Virus record (IMG/VR): IMGVR_UViG_2861079508_000001 | DNA length: 64,000 bases | Strand: one strand, 5' to 3' | Source of the DNA: a virus | Lineage: Duplodnaviria > Heunggongvirae > Uroviricota > Caudoviricetes | Shown: positions 28,929 through 39,242 of the stretch, in pieces | How the letters are laid out: each line of letters starts with the position of its first letter | How positions within the stretch are numbered: position 1 is the stretch's first letter | Translations under genes and position numbers: made by a program | Notes under the pieces: generated by a model | The model's input: the letters and a program-made list of their open reading frames with translations, nothing else | Databases searched by the model: none | What the model was told of the DNA's origin: nothing

Positions 28929-29815
28929 TGCCACTGCTGGATAAGCTGCGTGAGCAGTACGGGGTCGGACCGCTATGCAGCGAACTGCATATTGCCCCGT
29001 CAACGTATTACCACTGTCAGCAACAGCGACATCATCCGGATAAACGCAGTGCCCGTGCGCAGCGCGATGACTGGCTGAAGAAAGAGATACAGCGCGTATA
29101 CGATGAAAATCATCAGGTGTACGGTGTGCGTAAAGTCTGGCGTCAGTTGTTACGGGAAGGTATCAGAGTGGCCAGATGCACTGTGGCACGTCTCATGGCG
29201 GTTATGGGACTTGCCGGTGTTCTCCGGGGTAAAAAGGTCCGTACGACCATCAGCCGGAAAGCCGTTGCCGCAGGCGACCGCGTAAACCGTCAGTTCGTGG
29301 CAGAACGACCTGACCAGCTGTGGGTGGCTGATTTTACTTACGTCAGCACATGGCGGGGCTTCGTCTATGTGGCGTTCATCATTGATGTGTTTGCCGGATA
29401 CATCGTGGGGTGGCGGGTCTCATCGTCTATGGAAACGACATTCGTGCTGGATGCTCTGGAGCAGGCGTTATGGGCCCGTCAACCGTCCGGCACAGTCCAT
29501 CACAGTGATAAAGGTTCTCAGTATGTATCGCTGGCCTACACACAGCGGCTTAAGGAAGCCGGATTACTGGCATCAACAGGAAGTACTGGTGACTCGTATG
29601 ACAACGCGATGGCGGAGAGCATCAATGGCCTTTACAAAGCGGAGGTAATACACCGTAAGAGCTGGAAAAACCGGACAGAAGTGGAGCTGGCCACACTCAC
29701 GTGGGTGGACTGGTATAACAATCGACGATTGCTGGAAAGGCTGGGCCATATCCCACCGGCAGAAGCAGAAAAAGCTTATTATGCTTCCATCGGAAACGAT
29801 GATCTGGCAGCCTGA
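28925..29815 (+). CDS. IS3-family transposase OrfB (DDE catalytic part)
   Basis: 296 aa overlapping orfA in the -1 frame at AAAAAATGA; integrase-type DDE core (e.g. [16 protein letters not shown]). Confidence 0.8.
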   Translation: MMPLLDKLREQYGVGPLCSELHIAPSTYYHCQQQRHHPDKRSARAQRDDWLKKEIQRVYDENHQVYGVRKVWRQLLREGIRVARCTVARLMAVMGLAGVLRGKKVRTTISRKAVAAGDRVNRQFVAERPDQLWVADFTYVSTWRGFVYVAFIIDVFAGYIVGWRVSSSMETTFVLDALEQALWARQPSGTVHHSDKGSQYVSLAYTQRLKEAGLLASTGSTGDSYDNAMAESINGLYKAEVIHRKSWKNRTEVELATLTWVDWYNNRRLLERLGHIPPAEAEKAYYASIGNDDLAA

Positions 29816-29857
29816 GTTCACAGATAAAACACTCTCCAGGAAACCCGGGGCGGTTCA

Positions 29858-30714
29858 CGAAGCATCACCCGCATACGTTCCATTTCGGCCGCAGCTTCAA
29901 CAATAGGCTTCTGCCACCCAAACATGATGTCAGTAACCGTTCTGGCTGCATCTCCGATCTCGCCAAGCAGGAAAATGTTGCCACGAAGGCCAGAGAACAT
30001 ACCTCCTTCGTTACTTTTACCGCTATGGCCAGAAGCGCCGCTACGCCGCCCGCTACCACCATCGCCACTTCCAGATGTACGAACGCGTACCGGCTTGCTA
30101 ATCAGTTGCTGACGTCCGATAACTTCGTCCATCTGCTCACGAACCTTTTTCAGTCCCTCGGCAGCCTGACTCGTTGTGACACCCCAATTACTGAGTCGCT
30201 TCGTCGTGGTATTAAGGCGCGTATTCATGCCACTCACGGACGCAGAGGCTTCTTTGACCTCCGTACCAAAGCGGCTTGCGCTTTTGCTTGCATAGGTCGC
30301 CCAATCAGAGAAATCATTTAGCTCTGATTGCACTTTACGTAATGACGCGGTGAGTTTATCTACTGAAGAAGTTGTCGTATCGACGCGCTCAATCAGGGCT
30401 TTAAGACCAGAATTGAGGCTGGTGATGTTGCCACGCATTTTACGCGTAGCATCTGAAGCAAGCTCAAAACCGGCAGCTACATCCTGTAGTTTATCTGCTG
30501 TAGAATCGAGCTTGCTTTCCAGAACGCCAATGATACGGGCGACCGAACCCAAAGAGCGTTCAAAGGTTTGGATTTTTTGAGCAGGCTTTGTTACCTGCTC
30601 ACCAAATCGAGTAAGCAGTTTCCCCGCACGATCGATTGACGCTGTAAACTGTTTGTCTTCCAGCGACAGGATAAACTCTACGTTTTGTGACATTCCCTTG
30701 TCATCCTCTGCCAA
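29858..30714 (-). pseudogene. tape measure protein, 5' portion (truncated by IS; last 13 codons of ORF are IS-derived)
   Basis: ORF 29818..30714 reads from TMP start into the IS right end; codon 285 ends in the CGA target duplication. Confidence 0.7.
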
Positions 30715-30970
30715 ATATTTGCATCAGTTGCTCTTTGGCGTCAGGGTCTGCCTTATCCTGGCTTGGATCGTAGACTTTATCTGTTACGACTGGTCTTCCA
30801 ATCCTGAGTTGCAAACCCTCCATGAACGCCTTCACAGCCTCGCCATCCGCCTGGGACGCACGAGCGACTTGTAAGTTGCGGACATCCTCTTCCGCACGCA
30901 GACGGTCTATATTGCGACTGAGCATCCAGAACATCGTGAGAGGAACGTTCAGTAGCTCTAATGGCGACAC
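30701..30970 (-). CDS. possible tail assembly chaperone (gpT-like frame)
   Basis: 89-aa ORF between G-like gene and TMP; may be expressed by frameshift from upstream gene as in lambda G/GT; not verified. Confidence 0.3.
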   Translation of the reverse strand: MSPLELLNVPLTMFWMLSRNIDRLRAEEDVRNLQVARASQADGEAVKAFMEGLQLRIGRPVVTDKVYDPSQDKADPDAKEQLMQIFGRG

Positions 30971-31050
30971 GGCGTAGTGAGCAACTACACGACTGAAATA
31001 GAATCCGAGATCTATTGAGACGGTCCTTGTCCCGGATTCATCGCGGGAAA

Positions 31051-31368
31051 TTACTTTGCCCCTTCGCCAGCCGCTTTTTCGTTTTCTTCATCAATCACTT
31101 CCATAGCGAAGGTGAAGATCTGCTGGAGTTGCGGAACAGTCAGTTTTTCAAGAACTTCATCAGGCACTGAAGGGATAACCTTACGAACCAGATCTGCATA
31201 AGCTGTCACTTGCTCAACAGGAGACATGTTCATGAGATCTTTGCCTTCCATCTGCTTGATGGAAACGAACAAACCTACCGTCATTTCAACGATGGGATAT
31301 TCCTGACCGCCAAATTTGATGCTTTTCTTCGGAGGCAGAATGGAATCGAGATCGAGTAATTTGGTCAT
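31051..31368 (-). CDS. tail assembly chaperone (gpG-like)
   Basis: 105-aa acidic protein immediately downstream of major tail protein gene. Confidence 0.45.
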   Translation of the reverse strand: MTKLLDLDSILPPKKSIKFGGQEYPIVEMTVGLFVSIKQMEGKDLMNMSPVEQVTAYADLVRKVIPSVPDEVLEKLTVPQLQQIFTFAMEVIDEENEKAAGEGAK

Positions 31369-31423
31369 TGGTTTAAATCCTTTTAAAAGAGAGGCTCATC
31401 CTGAGCCTCTGCTTAGTTACTGA

Positions 31424-32170
31424 TTAATCTGCGGAGTTAATCGTTACTGACTTAGTAGCCTTCTTAGAACCGCTATTGCTGGTGAAGGAGATGTTTGCAG
31501 TACCCTGCGCCACACCGCGCACAAGACCCGTTTGATCTACCGTGGCCTTTTCCTGGTCTTCGGATTCCCAAACACCGGTTTTGTCTGCGGCATCAGCTGG
31601 AGTGATTTCGGCTGTCAGTTGCACAGTTTCTCCAGCTTTTACGGTTGGAGATTCCGGTTTGATCGACACGGTTTTTACCGGTTTAGGGCCGCTCATTCTT
31701 CCCAGAACGCCTTCGTCATCAGGGTACGCACTGAACTGAACAGAGAACACACGAACATCATCAGACTGGTAAGTCATGGTGAAGTTACCTGCGGTCGCAG
31801 CTTTCGGGATGGTCAGAACGTAGTCGGTAGTGTCCTGCGGAGTCAGAACCAGCTCTTTGGCTACGTCGATCAGGTTGACACCCTGTGCGGAAGTGATGGT
31901 CACAGCGTTGTCGTCTTCGTTCAGAGTAGACCCCGGCATCAGATCGACCATATTTTTCAACACAGACTCGGCCAGCGGCGCAGTAATGGTAATGTTACGA
32001 CCCTGCACCAGCTCGGACATAATTGTCTGCCCGTGCTGGTCGACAGTGACTTTCAGCGTTTCAGTGGCTACTTCAACCTGAACACCACCTTTGGTGTAAC
32101 CCAAATCCACACCACCAAACGACACCTTACAGGCACCAAGTTTGATGTTTTTTACATGGGTATTAGACAT
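31424..32170 (-). CDS. major tail protein with C-terminal Ig-like (Big_2) domain
   Basis: Start set at ATG preceded by AAGGAG; C-terminal segment VKAGETVQLTAEITPADAADKTGVWESEDQEKATVDQTGLVRGVAQGTANISFTS matches Big_2 pattern. Confidence 0.6.
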   Translation of the reverse strand: MSNTHVKNIKLGACKVSFGGVDLGYTKGGVQVEVATETLKVTVDQHGQTIMSELVQGRNITITAPLAESVLKNMVDLMPGSTLNEDDNAVTITSAQGVNLIDVAKELVLTPQDTTDYVLTIPKAATAGNFTMTYQSDDVRVFSVQFSAYPDDEGVLGRMSGPKPVKTVSIKPESPTVKAGETVQLTAEITPADAADKTGVWESEDQEKATVDQTGLVRGVAQGTANISFTSNSGSKKATKSVTINSAD

Positions 32171-32206
32171 TGATGGAAAACTCCTTTTTCCGTTAATTCT
32201 ACGCAT

Positions 32207-32234
32207 TCATTGCGCTAATAGTAAGTATATACTT
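32207..32234 (-). promoter_or_regulatory. motif 2 element (contains perfect palindrome GTAAGTATATACTTAC)
   Basis: Upstream of major tail protein gene. Confidence 0.45.
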
Positions 32235-32244
32235 ACCGATTAAC

Positions 32245-32601
32245 TTAATTCAATAAATAGCCAGCAAATTCAACAGGAATGCCTGCTTCTATTAATGCTC
32301 CATCATTTTTGGGATAAATGATTGGCATCGCAATCGGTCGTACCAGTCGAAAATAAACACCACCAGATTCCGTTTCCTCTACTGGAAACATCTCAATGAT
32401 TTTATTGGCTTTCTCAACCGTCGTAGTAATTGACGAACCACGCACAATGATTGTGAATGATTCGTGATAAAAGCCCTGTAGCTCATGATCGATGCTGATA
32501 CCGGTATTTGGGTTAATAAGCAGGACGCCAGATTTCACATTGGCAGGCAAGTAGTGACAGAAAATGTCAGTCCCGACCGTGCCAATCTTTGCCTTCTGCA
32601 T
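32245..32601 (-). CDS. hypothetical head-tail joining / tail completion protein
   Basis: Start trimmed to internal ATG to avoid 120-nt overlap with upstream gene; position between head and tail genes. Confidence 0.35.
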   Translation of the reverse strand: MQKAKIGTVGTDIFCHYLPANVKSGVLLINPNTGISIDHELQGFYHESFTIIVRGSSITTTVEKANKIIEMFPVEETESGGVYFRLVRPIAMPIIYPKNDGALIEAGIPVEFAGYLLN

Positions 32602-32629
32602 CAAACTTGCAAACGCTTCAATAAACACA

Positions 32630-33103
32630 TTAACCTCTCGTAAATCCGGCTTTTCTGGCAGCCTCAAGAATCGCTTCTGAGAACTGCTTCTCGCTAATTT
32701 CCACCGCTCTTTCCAGAAAGTGTGGCCCAACACGGGGTTTAACACCGGCAATTGGTGGGTTTGTCACGTTCTTCATTCGAGAAAGATAACCGAGTCGGTA
32801 TTTACCCAGCTCCATGTACTTAGCATAGTCACCTACTTCTACGCCCGGATGCCCCTGACGTGGTTTTGCTCCAGACACAGAAAGCTCAATACGCAGCCCT
32901 GAATAACCTTCTTTAATCACCCTGGCAAAGATGGCTGTCTCCAGAGATCCGGTTTCCAGCGGGGCCATTGCACGGCTGAGGCGCTCAACCAAACGCGCCA
33001 GCTTTTCCATGTCCCGAATAAGATATCGCTTAAATGCTTTCTGGCTGTTGTTGAGTCTATTCCCCGCACGTTTGAACTGATGCGCATCGTATTTCAGACC
33101 CAT
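32630..33103 (-). CDS. hypothetical head-tail joining protein
   Basis: 157 aa; position in morphogenesis operon. Confidence 0.4.
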   Translation of the reverse strand: MGLKYDAHQFKRAGNRLNNSQKAFKRYLIRDMEKLARLVERLSRAMAPLETGSLETAIFARVIKEGYSGLRIELSVSGAKPRQGHPGVEVGDYAKYMELGKYRLGYLSRMKNVTNPPIAGVKPRVGPHFLERAVEISEKQFSEAILEAARKAGFTRG

Positions 33104-33534
33104 ATATTCGCCCCTACTTCAAGATGCCCAGGTCTTCCTCGTAGCCCCCAGCGGCGATGAACACTGGACACCTTTAATTTTTGACCTTCAAGGATCAGTA
33201 CATCATCAAGTTGTACAGCCGCTTCTAAAGGGACAACTAACACAGCATCAAACAGCTCCAGACTCGCCTTACCACGACTACCAGAGCTATCAGCACGAAC
33301 TGACGATTTCTCATTACTCTGTTCGAACTTAACCACGCCGACATTCGTCTTCCTGACGAATTGTAATTGCGCCTCACCGTAAACGTTCTTTGCGCCAAAG
33401 CGGTAGATCGCAATTTCTGTTTGCCATGAAATATTCATGCTCTCTCCCTGTTGTTGTCGGTCGCTCTCATTACTGGCCAAAAAACCTTTCGACCAAAAGT
33501 AAATAATGCGACTGGCGTTACGCACGGCGAACAA
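33094..33534 (-). CDS. hypothetical head-tail joining protein
   Basis: 146 aa; overlapping start/stop with neighbours. Confidence 0.4.
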   Translation of the reverse strand: MFAVRNASRIIYFWSKGFLASNESDRQQQGESMNISWQTEIAIYRFGAKNVYGEAQLQFVRKTNVGVVKFEQSNEKSSVRADSSGSRGKASLELFDAVLVVPLEAAVQLDDVLILEGQKLKVSSVHRRWGLRGRPGHLEVGANIWV

Positions 33535-34351
33535 TCATACGGTTGTTGATGTAACTGACCAGCAAGCGCCAGGTACTACGAGCCACATGCACGTTTGCAG
33601 CTTTACCGGTACGGTACATGTTGGTTGTTTCACCGATGGACTCTGACAAAATGCCATCCTCTCGTGCTGCGGCTACATCATTGCCATTTGCGATCTCACA
33701 CGCTTCGTTGACAACGGCAAGCATCAACGCTTCTTTGAAGTAGTCAGGGAACTCTTCAAACTTCTCCTGCGTCATCTTTTCCCAATCGACTAAATCATGC
33801 CGGTACGCTCCATCTGCTTCCCACGGAATGTCATACACATTCAGCATATTTTGAGGGCGATCGTATCGGTCAAAGTCGATACGTAGAATTTTGCGGATTG
33901 AGAACGGTAAAGTTTTAATTCGTCTGGTAGCCTCAATGAGACGCTTGCGCATTAAGCCTTCACCATCCGACAGCAAAGTGTCCCCATTCAGCATATCGAT
34001 CGCCTGCATTTGAGCATCAGCGACAGTTGCAAACGACTGTTCTGGTATCGACAGTTCAAAACTATTCAGCAGAACATACATTTGCCGCTCTTCATGCGTC
34101 AGACCCGATGCAACAGCCTTCACAATGACGTACCGCAGATCTCGCTCTTTCTCAGAGAGCTGGTTATATTCAGCCGACACGACAACCGGAATCGACATTT
34201 GACCGCTGGTAATTTCTAGCGGCTCGCCATCAACGAGAATAGCCCCGGTGCTGTCCTTTACTGTGTAGGTGGCAGATTCGATATCCAGCACGTTGAAGGC
34301 AAATGAAAGAGAAACAGCTTCACCGCTACGATACGAGTCGATCTGCGCCAT
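33518..34351 (-). CDS. hypothetical morphogenesis protein
   Basis: 277 aa; within operon, ATGA-type overlap with upstream gene. Confidence 0.4.
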   Translation of the reverse strand: MAQIDSYRSGEAVSLSFAFNVLDIESATYTVKDSTGAILVDGEPLEITSGQMSIPVVVSAEYNQLSEKERDLRYVIVKAVASGLTHEERQMYVLLNSFELSIPEQSFATVADAQMQAIDMLNGDTLLSDGEGLMRKRLIEATRRIKTLPFSIRKILRIDFDRYDRPQNMLNVYDIPWEADGAYRHDLVDWEKMTQEKFEEFPDYFKEALMLAVVNEACEIANGNDVAAAREDGILSESIGETTNMYRTGKAANVHVARSTWRLLVSYINNRMIVRRA

Positions 34352-34785
34352 TACTCACCGCCTTGTGCTTTCAGGATGCCGTCAATCATTTCGACAATTC
34401 CTTTCGCTTTGACACCAACCTGATTACCAATAACTCGTAGACCGGCAATACCTTCGTTGTCTGCAATTGACTCCAGCTCTTCTCGTGTGAAAGTCTGGAT
34501 CTGTTTGGCCGGTTCATCTGGTGTCCCACGTTTCATTGGCACAATGTCAGGCGCTGCTGGCTCGGTAATCAGGTCTGCTGTCAATTCACCACGATCACTG
34601 TATGCGGCAGACGGAGAAACATTTTTGCCCTCTACTGTTGACGCTCGCATTGAAGCACAAATCCTCTGCTGATCGATAAAAGGCAACTCCGCTACGGATA
34701 CCCCGTTCTCGAACTGAACGCCACACAGCATTCCCGAATAACCGGAAAATTGCGGTTCTAATAAAACAATTTTTGCTGGTTTCAT
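34351..34785 (-). CDS. hypothetical morphogenesis protein
   Basis: 144 aa; downstream of decoration-like gene. Confidence 0.4.
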   Translation of the reverse strand: MKPAKIVLLEPQFSGYSGMLCGVQFENGVSVAELPFIDQQRICASMRASTVEGKNVSPSAAYSDRGELTADLITEPAAPDIVPMKRGTPDEPAKQIQTFTREELESIADNEGIAGLRVIGNQVGVKAKGIVEMIDGILKAQGGE

Positions 34786-34829
34786 AACGCTTTCTCTCCA
34801 CTTGGGCGGCGAAAGCCGCCCAATATCGG

Positions 34830-35750
34830 TTATTCCTGTGCGGCAGTAACTTCTACAGTTGCTGTCGCTTTGTGGCTACCATCTTGGGTAGTAACCTCGA
34901 TTGTGGCAGTACCAGCCGCAACACCAGTTACAACACCGGTTTCGCTGTCAACCGTTGCAAACTCGGTATTTTTGGATTCCCAAGTAACGGTTTTATTTGT
35001 GGCTCCTGCCGGCTCGACATTTGCTGTCAGCTGAACAGTTTTGTTTGCCTCAACGGTTGTGCTATTTGGGTCGATTTCGACGCCGGTAACAGCCACAACA
35101 GGCGCAGTTACTTCCACCGTTGCAGTTGCCTTTTTGCTGCCATCTTGGGAAACGATCTCAATCGTCGCAGTGCCAACTTCTACACCAGTAACGTTCCCGC
35201 TCTGGTCTACCGTTGCCTTATCTTCATTTTTGGAAGACCAGGTAACAGCCTTATTCGTCGCATTTGACGGCTGAACATTCGCTTTCAGACTGACTGATTT
35301 CCCTTTCTCAACAGACGTTGATTCTGGCGTTACCGTTACGGATTGAACGGCTACCGGATTTACGGTGACTTCCACTGAAGCGGAAAGCTGGGTTTCCTGA
35401 TCAGTTGCAGTAATTTTTACTTTGCCTGGTGCTACGCCAGTTACTAATCCAGTGCCGTTAACGGTTGCAATTTGGTCATTGGCTGACTTCCAGGTGAATG
35501 AACTGGCACTCTTACCCATACTAATACCTGCACTAAGTTGAACAGTTTTCCCAACCAAAACTGACGGTGAAGCCGGGGTTATGTTTACGGATTGGGAGAG
35601 GGGAACCGCCTGCAAACAAGCAGATAGCTGACTTTGTTGCCGCTCGGTTAAAGGTTCATCGGAGATAGAATTGGTAAATCCGGCACGGCACATATGCCCC
35701 GTAAAATCCGAAAATGCCTCTTCCGTAATCTTCATCTTTTGTTCTGGCAT
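34830..35750 (-). CDS. Ig-like (Big_2) repeat protein, probable head decoration protein
   Basis: Three tandem Big_2-like repeats (e.g. VTWSSKNEDKATVDQSGNVTGVEVGTATIEIVSQDGSKKATATVEV); immediately after capsid gene and its terminator. Confidence 0.5.
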   Translation of the reverse strand: MPEQKMKITEEAFSDFTGHMCRAGFTNSISDEPLTERQQSQLSACLQAVPLSQSVNITPASPSVLVGKTVQLSAGISMGKSASSFTWKSANDQIATVNGTGLVTGVAPGKVKITATDQETQLSASVEVTVNPVAVQSVTVTPESTSVEKGKSVSLKANVQPSNATNKAVTWSSKNEDKATVDQSGNVTGVEVGTATIEIVSQDGSKKATATVEVTAPVVAVTGVEIDPNSTTVEANKTVQLTANVEPAGATNKTVTWESKNTEFATVDSETGVVTGVAAGTATIEVTTQDGSHKATATVEVTAAQE

Positions 35751-35763
35751 TTCTCGCTCCTAC

Positions 35764-35794
35764 AAAAAGGGTGGGCGTATAGCCCACCCTTTAA
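35764..35794 (-). terminator. rho-independent terminator between capsid and decoration genes
   Basis: Minus-sense GGGTGGGC-TATAC-GCCCACCC followed by TTTTTGT, 13 nt before the next RBS. Confidence 0.65.
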
Positions 35795-35820
35795 CATAGA
35801 TAACTACTTATCTACTACAC
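35795..35820 (-). promoter_or_regulatory. motif 2 element
   Basis: CATAGATAACTACTTATCTACTACAC between capsid stop codon and terminator hairpin. Confidence 0.45.
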
Positions 35821-35823
35821 TGA

Positions 35824-36699
35824 TTAAATTTTTACATTGGTCAGTGCAGCGATAGCCTTATCGTGCTTATTCGCCAGAGAGCAGTACCACTTCACACGGG
35901 TACGTACTGCGTCTTTGTTCTGTACAGTACCAATGTTTTCAACAACGATACCTGCGTTATCGCCGCCATACAGACCAGTAACGCCGTTCTCTTCTGACAG
36001 ATGCAAGCAGTAGATGCTTGCTTTGCCAGAATCAGTCGGGATGAAGTCGTTGATGATGAACGGAACACCGTTATGACACAGCATCGGACGACCGAAGTTC
36101 TCCATCATGATTTCAGACGGACCTACGTTTACTGTACGCAGCAGCGCACGGTAAGCACGAAGGTGCTCTGAACGCATCATGATGCAGTCAGCACCAAGAT
36201 CTTTCACCGCATCGACCAGTTCGTCGAACATAGAGAAAGTCATAGATGCACCGGCGATATCGATCTTCTGATCTGCGTGCATCAGGCGTGGAATGCCGTC
36301 AAACGCTTTGTTGTTGGTGCTGGAGTCACCCAAAATCAGATTGCGACGGAACGCACGAGCCAGACCTTTAACTTTCTGACGAACCTGAATAGCCAACTGG
36401 TTATTGGTGTCGGCCATAGTGGTTGCCAGGAATTTATCAACGTCTACGTCACCAGCCAGAATACGCAGTTTCGCAACGCATTCTTCGAAGGTTGCTGCAC
36501 CTTCCGGGATGGTGTCGTTAACGTCGATGAAGGTAGCCTCACTCAGCGTTTTTTCACGGTTGTACAGATATGCCTTTGAAGTAATTTTCATAAAAGGCAG
36601 GATGGCAAACAGGTCATCGCGATCGATGATGGTTTCAATCACGCCCTGTTCAAGTTCGTTGTTAGACAGCTTTTCAGCTTCTTCACGCAGTAATGGCAT
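35824..36699 (-). CDS. major capsid protein (putative)
   Basis: 291 aa following scaffold-like gene and followed by a strong terminator; assignment by order, not by motif. Confidence 0.5.
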   Translation of the reverse strand: MPLLREEAEKLSNNELEQGVIETIIDRDDLFAILPFMKITSKAYLYNREKTLSEATFIDVNDTIPEGAATFEECVAKLRILAGDVDVDKFLATTMADTNNQLAIQVRQKVKGLARAFRRNLILGDSSTNNKAFDGIPRLMHADQKIDIAGASMTFSMFDELVDAVKDLGADCIMMRSEHLRAYRALLRTVNVGPSEIMMENFGRPMLCHNGVPFIINDFIPTDSGKASIYCLHLSEENGVTGLYGGDNAGIVVENIGTVQNKDAVRTRVKWYCSLANKHDKAIAALTNVKI

Positions 36700-36724
36700 C
36701 TATCAATTCCCTTTGATTTAGATG

Positions 36725-37612
36725 TTACTTAAGTCCAATTTTCCCCAGACCGGAGGCCAACTTATCCATAGTCGACTTGTTCTTCGGTTGGGATATTGTG
36801 TAGGTCGATTTGGAATGTGAGCCTACACCCTGCTTGGCTTCGCTACGCATCAATGCGTCAGCTTCCGGATCTGCCCGCACAATGCGTTCAATCGCGGATT
36901 CAAACGGCAACGGCTTACCTTCACCGTCAACCAGAACAGCTCGTTCTTTATGACCTGCCGGTTTGTCATAACCCACTACGCTACCGTCTTCACCCACTTC
37001 AAAATGAGAACCGTAGATCACGCGGGCTTTTGCCGGAGTCATCAGAACTTTGTCACGTAGGAAGAGAGAGTTACTGAAGGAAGCGCCCACGGTCATCTCG
37101 ACTAATTGAGATTTCAGTGATGCGTTTTCACTTTCCAGTGCTGCATAACGTTCGTCACGCTGTGCCAGCTCTGCCTGGTGTGCTTCGATCATCTGTTTTT
37201 TAACAGCATCGAACTCACCACGACGCTCCAGTTCAGCTTGCTCCGCCTCACGACGTGCGTTTTCTGCGGCCTGTTCAGCTTCTAAAAGCTGGCGAGCACG
37301 CGCCGGGTCGATTTCACCGTACTGAGCAAGCTGATCGGCCAATGTGCGCTCTTTCTCTTTGCGCTTCATGTTCTCTTTCAGCAGTTCAGCACCAGCTTTC
37401 TTGGTTTTGCGAAGTTCGGCCAGTAACTCTTCATGAGTCATGCCAGCGTATTCGTCATCACCCTTCGGCTGCTCTTTTTGTTCACCCTGCTTGTCAGGAT
37501 CTTGTGTACTCTGCTCATTATCAGCAGCTACACCGCCAGCGCCCCCACGCTCATGCGCTTCAGCAACATCCATCAGACCACGACGGGCCAAAAGCATTTG
37601 CCACAGTTTCAT
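36725..37612 (-). CDS. scaffolding protein (putative)
   Basis: 295 aa, highly charged Glu/Ala/Arg-rich helical sequence between portal and capsid genes. Confidence 0.45.
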   Translation of the reverse strand: MKLWQMLLARRGLMDVAEAHERGGAGGVAADNEQSTQDPDKQGEQKEQPKGDDEYAGMTHEELLAELRKTKKAGAELLKENMKRKEKERTLADQLAQYGEIDPARARQLLEAEQAAENARREAEQAELERRGEFDAVKKQMIEAHQAELAQRDERYAALESENASLKSQLVEMTVGASFSNSLFLRDKVLMTPAKARVIYGSHFEVGEDGSVVGYDKPAGHKERAVLVDGEGKPLPFESAIERIVRADPEADALMRSEAKQGVGSHSKSTYTISQPKNKSTMDKLASGLGKIGLK

Positions 37613-37633
37613 AAAAATTCCCTTTGTTACTTA

Positions 37634-39208
37634 TCACTCGTTCTCTTGAGTAGATGAGTCCCCATTCCCTCGGGGTTGATCTTGCCCGCTTTCTTGGGCT
37701 GCACCACGATCATAAGTAAGTACTGACTTATTTTCAAGGGTATTTAGATCATTTTTTGGCGGAAAATTCAAGAGATCTTTATCAAATTCCTTTTTCATCG
37801 CCTCAGTAATGTTCGGGAAAATCTTCTCAATAAGCATTTCCATCTGGTGACGACGTACAGAGTCCGGTGCCTGAAGTAATGACAGTTTCTCGGCAACAGA
37901 AAATTCATCTGTAAGGCCACGAATATCGAAACTTTCTGGATACGCAATTAAAGAGTGGTCTTCGTCCAGATCTACCCCCATCCATTTCGCAACCAGTAGC
38001 ATGATTTGGCGTTCAGCCCTTTCCAGACGCTCTGCTTTTGTGACAAGCAAGCTATTTACACGCTGGAAGTCATACATTTTTGCGGCACCAGATGAGTTAT
38101 CAATTCCCTGTGCGTTGTCCTGCTTCGTTCGCTCACCAGCGACACCAACTGAATGGTAGATTTCGTTAATCACCGTCTTAATCGTAGTGATGATCATCTG
38201 AGCTTGTTTCGGGTCTGGTGACAAATAAAACGGCTGGTTTCCACCTTCAGAATCGTAGGTGAAGACTCGCTTTGTGCCCATTTCAAGCACTTTAGTGTGG
38301 TTTTCATCACCAGGTAAAAGCGACTGTACTGGTATAGCCAACTGGCTAAATGTCTGATCCTGAATAATGGCATCAAGGTTTGACAGATAGTTTGCAACCG
38401 CACGATCAAGATAAGCGATATCATCGATCAACGATGGGCTGAAATACGGTGATTCACTTTCTCCAATACAATCAACAGGAAACACAGGAACTACGCTGAG
38501 ATTATGCTCACCGCTATCCTCTAAAATAACTTTTGCCTGACGGCGACCTGCTCCACCAGCGCCCTTCTTCACTTCCTCACGGAACAGATACCACTCGTTT
38601 TGTGTCCACAGACGATAACGTTGGTATTCCTGACCTGTAGAAGTAAAAGGATCTGCGTCATCACGAGCGACTTCCACAATTAACGCCCACAACATATTCC
38701 CGTCGTCGTCCCATGCCACATCCAGCATTTGCTGAGGTGAAATCCAGTAGGCGTAGGCGCGAGCATCTTTCTTTTTCTCGTCAGCTACTGACTCAACATC
38801 ACCACTCATCGTGCTATCGACAACAACCCATATGCGACCGTAAATAGACGACTGCAAATCAATAGCGGCCATAAATGAGTCAATAGAGGCATTCTGGCGA
38901 GTCGCACGTTTCCAGAAATTGCGGATCTGCTCTGGTGCCTCTTCGATATTTCTATGAATGTCTTCTTTAAAGAGATATTTGTTGATGAGGTTTACCACCT
39001 CACGAGTGTGGTTGAAGCGATAAGCACGCTCAACTCGCTCCTTAAACTCCTGATCTCCCTCTTTAAAGTAACGAAAGATATTGTCTGTAAACCAACCACG
39101 CCCGCCAGCGTAAGTGCTGGCGAGGAAGTCCCAATGTTCTTTTTTCTTTTCGTATTCCGGGTGGCGTCGCGCCACCAGATCCTTAATTTGTTTGTCGTTC
39201 AATTCCAT
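37634..39208 (-). CDS. portal protein
   Basis: 524 aa directly downstream of terminase large subunit; acidic C-terminus. Confidence 0.6.
   Translation of the reverse strand: MELNDKQIKDLVARRHPEYEKKKEHWDFLASTYAGGRGWFTDNIFRYFKEGDQEFKERVERAYRFNHTREVVNLINKYLFKEDIHRNIEEAPEQIRNFWKRATRQNASIDSFMAAIDLQSSIYGRIWVVVDSTMSGDVESVADEKKKDARAYAYWISPQQMLDVAWDDDGNMLWALIVEVARDDADPFTSTGQEYQRYRLWTQNEWYLFREEVKKGAGGAGRRQAKVILEDSGEHNLSVVPVFPVDCIGESESPYFSPSLIDDIAYLDRAVANYLSNLDAIIQDQTFSQLAIPVQSLLPGDENHTKVLEMGTKRVFTYDSEGGNQPFYLSPDPKQAQMIITTIKTVINEIYHSVGVAGERTKQDNAQGIDNSSGAAKMYDFQRVNSLLVTKAERLERAERQIMLLVAKWMGVDLDEDHSLIAYPESFDIRGLTDEFSVAEKLSLLQAPDSVRRHQMEMLIEKIFPNITEAMKKEFDKDLLNFPPKNDLNTLENKSVLTYDRGAAQESGQDQPRGNGDSSTQENE
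37711..37735 (-). promoter_or_regulatory. motif 2 element (inside 3' end of portal ORF)
   Basis: CATAAGTAAGTACTGACTTATTTTC upstream of scaffold gene. Confidence 0.4.
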
Positions 39209-39220
39209 TTGAATAACCTT

Positions 39221-39242
39221 AGATAATTACCTACCTATCGAG
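39221..39242 (-). promoter_or_regulatory. motif 2 element
   Basis: AGATAATTACCTACCTATCGAG between terminase and portal genes. Confidence 0.4.

Larger units (their letters stand above)
28548..29857 (+). mobile_element. IS3-family insertion sequence (IS629-like), apparently intact
   Basis: 1310 bp by my reading; imperfect terminal inverted repeats TGAACCGCCCCGGGaatCCTGGAGA / TGAACCGCCCCGGGtttCCTGGAGA; flanked by direct 3-bp CGA duplication; carries orfA and orfB. Confidence 0.8.
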
